The notes under the pieces were generated by a model, which saw nothing but the letters and a program-made list of their open reading frames with translations, was not told where the DNA came from and did no database searches. A DNA stretch of 64,000 nt from Eledone cirrhosa. Taxonomy: Eukaryota. Numbering within the stretch: the first letter of the stretch is position 1; each line of letters starts with the position of its first letter. Both the position numbers and the translations under genes were made by a program. Where the stretch lies: assembly GCA_964016885.1 (NCBI GenBank), contig OZ024749.1:35092001-35156000 (forward strand), in the 5' to 3' direction. Positions 60,075 through 64,000 of this stretch are shown piece by piece.

Positions 60075-60218
60075 CCGTATTTCCTGGCGCTGAAGACGCT
60101 TCGTCCTTGAGGATACACCAAAAATTTGAAAAAAAATAATAAACAACCTTCGGCGCATGGTAGATTTTTGAGACCTGTGTTAAGAAAAAAGTAGCGTCTT
60201 CGACGCTGGGAAATACGG
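60075..60218. mobile_element. pogo-like MITE
   Basis: TIRs CCGTATTTCCTGGCGCTGAAGACGCT / AGCGTCTTCGACGCTGGGAAATACGG. Confidence 0.8.
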
Positions 60219-60420
60219 AATATATATAATGATATTACCATGGTTTCGCATCTGGAAAGTTTCCCTCAATTTGGTACCAGTGACTACACAACTCAACTGA
60301 AGCAACATAAAATAAAGTGTCTTGCTCAAGAACACAATCGAAAGCCCTGTCTGAGAATCGAACTCACAACCTCTCAATTGTAAGTCTAACACACTAACTA
60401 CTAAGCAATTTATTCACAGC

Positions 60421-60490
60421 GCTTGCGCAATCATGTTGTTTTTTGCGCATGCGTATTTCAAGTAAAAAAAATAAATAAAATGGCCTCAGG
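60421..60490. promoter_or_regulatory. Candidate housekeeping-type promoter of a neighbouring gene
   Basis: TTGCGCAAT (C/EBP-like), TGCGCATGCG (NRF1-like, 60444-60453) and AAAATGGCC (YY1-like, about 60477) clustered within 70 bp. Confidence 0.35.
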
Positions 60491-61395
60491 CAAAGCTTTG
60501 TTTTCCAACCTGAATAAAAAACATTGAAAACTAGGATTTTACCAATTTTACGGAGGTAAAGTAAAGCTTTATTCTATGTTGAACAGTTTTATTTAAACAT
60601 TTTAAGTTTATTTCTCTCCTTAATGTCAGCAATAATTATTTAAACGATAGTTTTGTTTAGCTACTGCCACACCTCCACGTGTTGTATTACATTAGAAATA
60701 CACCACCTACATAGTTCACTTTATTTCACACTAATTTAATTATATATATATACACTTCTGTAGGTATGTATACACACTTATATTTTTGTACATATAAATA
60801 TATGTGTATATATATTGAGTCGTAAGGTATGAAATTTATAGAAAAAAAAACAAATCTATATATATTCCATACTTGACGACAATATTTATAAATAGATATA
60901 TGTACACTTGAGATGTATATGAACATAGTTGTATATATGTGCACAAGTGTGTATATATACTTGTATGTACGTCAATGTCAGAATTCTAGGAGAAAGAAAA
61001 CTCTGATATAACACCTGCAACCCTGATGGTATCCAATGATGTTGACTTGTTCTTCTTTTTGGTTAAGAGAGTGGGACTGGCTTTGTGCAGTGCTTTTGCT
61101 CACTATAAAAGCTTCACGGCACAGGCATTGCTTTGTATCTGGAGATCTCTCTGCACTTGTCGTCACATGGTACCATGGGCCTAGCACTATGTGTCAATAA
61201 TTGTCACAAGTGTAGTGTTTGTACCAGAGTTTTCAAGTCGCTGGCTGGACTAAAAAGTCACACTCGTTTAGCACATCAGTAGGGGTTCTCCTACATGGAT
61301 ATAAAGTAGTGGCCGTACTCGAAAACGAGTTGGCAGCCACCATGTACGTCAATGTATGTGTATACATTTTAATATATATTAATAGACTTCTATAA

Positions 61396-61441
<46 letters not shown>

Positions 61442-61464
61442 CTATAGACGTCTGTTTATATCTA

Positions 61465-63240
61465 TAACATCATCATCAGTCCCTTGACTTCTGTAGTCAC
61501 TCAAAATAGTCTATCAACGGCGGCCGTCAACAAATCTAGTGTAGTCATTTGCGTCCCTTTGACATTGTCCAACCACTTTTTGCGCTGGCATCCACCTTCA
61601 AGGGTACCTTGCATGATGGTCAAACTACGCTACTTTCCTCCTGACAGTGGCGAGGAGAGGTTCCTGGTGGCCCACAAAACTTTTAACCTTACTCTGCAAG
61701 TATTCATTGGTTTTACGTTCCCAATAGGAAATACGATGGAGTTTTCTCATGTATTTGTCCTCAAACGCCTTGATCCTTCTCTCTGTTTCTGCCAAAGTGA
61801 CCAGGTCTCGCACCCATGTAGGAGGACGGAGACTACCATCGTTTTGTACAATCTCTACTTTGTCTGAAAACTGATTTTGTTCCTTCATATTCTTGACAAT
61901 TTGGCCATAGCTGCGGATTTCCGCGTTGCAGGTACCATCTTTTGATAAGACTGCTCCCAAGTATTTGAAACTGGACACTTCCACCAATGAATGTCCGTTC
62001 ATGGTGATATTGACACAGGTGCTATTCACCATTACTTTGGATTTCTCGGAACTGATCTTCATTCCATATGCTCCTGCTTTTTCAATAAGTTTGTTGGTCA
62101 TGTCATGTCATGGAGCCCGTTGTTACTGCCTGCTATGAGGTCACTGTCGTCTGTAAAACGTAGGTTACAGACGGGTCTACTACCGACAGAGATTGAGGGT
62201 TTCTTGCATGATTTCTTCTAAAAAAGGTTGAACTGCGCTGGTGGCATGTTTATAAAGGGCCTGGATGACTTGGATAATTCCATTTTCTACATTGAATTCC
62301 CGTCATGCATTACACGATCAAACGCTTTTTTGAAATCGACGAAATTGTGGAACACGTCCTTCTGATGCTGCAGGTGTTTCTCTACGAGGATCTTACAACT
62401 GAAGACTTTTTTCATTGTACTTCGTACGGCTCTATAACCTGCTTGTTTTTCTAACAATAATTCTTCGGCCTTAGAGTGGAGCAAGATCTTACTAGGGTGC
62501 CTGATCAGGCTTATTGTCCTATAATTTTGACTCACTTCTTGGTGAGGAGTATTACCAGTCCACTCGTTAGGCCGCTTTTTTTTTGTTCCCAATGGCATAA
62601 TGCTGTTAGGGTTTTGATGGTTTCTTCACCTCCACAACTTATCAGCTCAGAGGTGTCTTTCCAGGTTTCAAACTCCTTACTGCCGCTTCAATCTCATTCA
62701 GTATTAACGGACTGGTCTCGTCTTCTGTGGAGTGCTGATCAGTTTGCAGGTATCTGGTGGAGCTGGTAATTGTACAAACCATCAGAGTATTGAGTCCTCT
62801 TCACTGTCCGTCACTAGGTTACCATTCTCGTCCCCTATGACCGGTGCCCTCGACTGGATGATCTTAGTATTTTTTAAGAGTATTGTAGGCCTGTTTGCTA
62901 TTGCCAGTATACATATCCTCAATAGTTTTGCACTGTTTCTGTATCCATTACTCTTGAGCTGCCCGCATTTTCACGAGATAGATGTCCTATTAACTTTTAA
63001 CCTACGTAACAGAACCAAATTGGCCTCCATTCTCCTCTTTGATGCCATACACTGCAAAACGACCTCGGAGATGTTGGTTGTACTAGCATCGTCTGGCATG
63101 TTTTCGCTCGACTTTCCAACTCCCCAATGGTGCCTGGCTCAACGCAGTAACCACCACTTTCAGCAGGCACTCAGACTCATGCTGCACACAGCTCGATGGG
63201 AGTACATGGCAATCATCCCGTTTCGCCTGTGTATATTTGC
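61465..63240 (-). mobile_element. Decayed RTE-clade LINE
   Basis: NYRTISLI, EKQAGYR, FVDFKKAFDRV, KSKVMV, SFKYLG fragments in several frames; (GAT)n tail near 61468. Confidence 0.9.
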
Positions 63241-64000
63241 ATATATATAGTAAAAGACAAAATTTGAAGAATTTCTTAAAGTTTAACGTTTTTTATTGAC
63301 AACGTATAAATCACTTTCATAGTTTTTCTCATTTCATTTTTTCTTACAGATGTCCAGCCTTCTCGGTCATATGTTTTTGCCCTGACCACAGATTTTCATC
63401 GTGGAAGTTTCCTGAAGAGCAGTGAAGTGTCTGTTAATAAAAAGTTTACATATTATATATACGAATTGTGTTCAGTTCATGAATAAATAAATCTTTACAT
63501 ATTTTACGAACTGTGTTACTATTTTGATAATTAAATTCTTCCCTTCGAAAGAAAGTCTTTTTCTCCAGCAAGCCAGATTGTAAAAAAAAACACTAATTTT
63601 CTACATGCTTGCATTAAAATACATTTTATAAAGGGAGGTAGCTCTTCAAAATAAAGAATTATCTCCTTTGAGTATATAAAAAGTGTAAATGTACTGTTGG
63701 AAGTAAGGGAGTTAATAATCCAAAGGGGGATAATTCCCGTTTTGTTTCAGTAAAACGGCTGCGTTATCAATAGGCGGTGGCCAGGCATACTTAGCAATAG
63801 CCACCACGAAACGAACACCAGTCACATAGACTGGGAGTCGATGCGAAACGAAGGGAGGTAATTCCGTATTCGGAGTCATATTTTTACAAGAAAATTAGCG
63901 CATTGGTGGTATTACGACGATGAGGGATACGATCTCTGAATTGCTTTTCTTTAAATTATGAATTTATATTCATAAAAAAAATCGTCTTGAGACCAACGTA

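Noticed and set aside
63405-63490. CTGAAGAG...GAA hammerhead-like remnant (similar trace near 33355-33390 on the minus strand)
   Set aside because: Core GAAA or CUGA and the helices are degenerate; a fold cannot be supported.

Overview
AT-rich, microsatellite- and transposon-dense animal genomic DNA. It is not prokaryotic; the SINE/RTE/MITE content and (TA)n/(CA)n/(CAT)n density suggest an octopus or other cephalopod (inference). The main content is one spliced + strand gene of the MDM2/MDM4 family. I reconstructed it by hand as 17 coding exons (10320..57332) with GT-AG boundaries and consistent intron phases, giving about 684 aa (about 650 aa from an internal in-frame ATG at 23876). Unlike canonical MDM2/MDM4, it encodes two tandem p53-binding (SWIB/MDM2) domains, each with the same 75-nt + 134-nt exon pair and about 51% identical to each other. 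They are followed by an acidic region, a RanBP2-type C4 zinc finger and a C2H2C4 RING with the 13-residue tail. Two p53-response-element-like 20-mers lie upstream of the 10320 exon, hinting at a P1/P2 two-promoter feedback design. Non-coding highlights: four type I hammerhead ribozyme motifs of Penelope-like type (one pair with a compensatory base change, one pair as an inverted hairpin in the intron between the two p53-binding domains), a 7.7-kb 46-bp minisatellite that splits the second domain, several MITEs with clear TIR/TSD, a decayed mariner, and CR1-like and RTE LINE remnants. Most ORFs in the supplied track are repeat artefacts.
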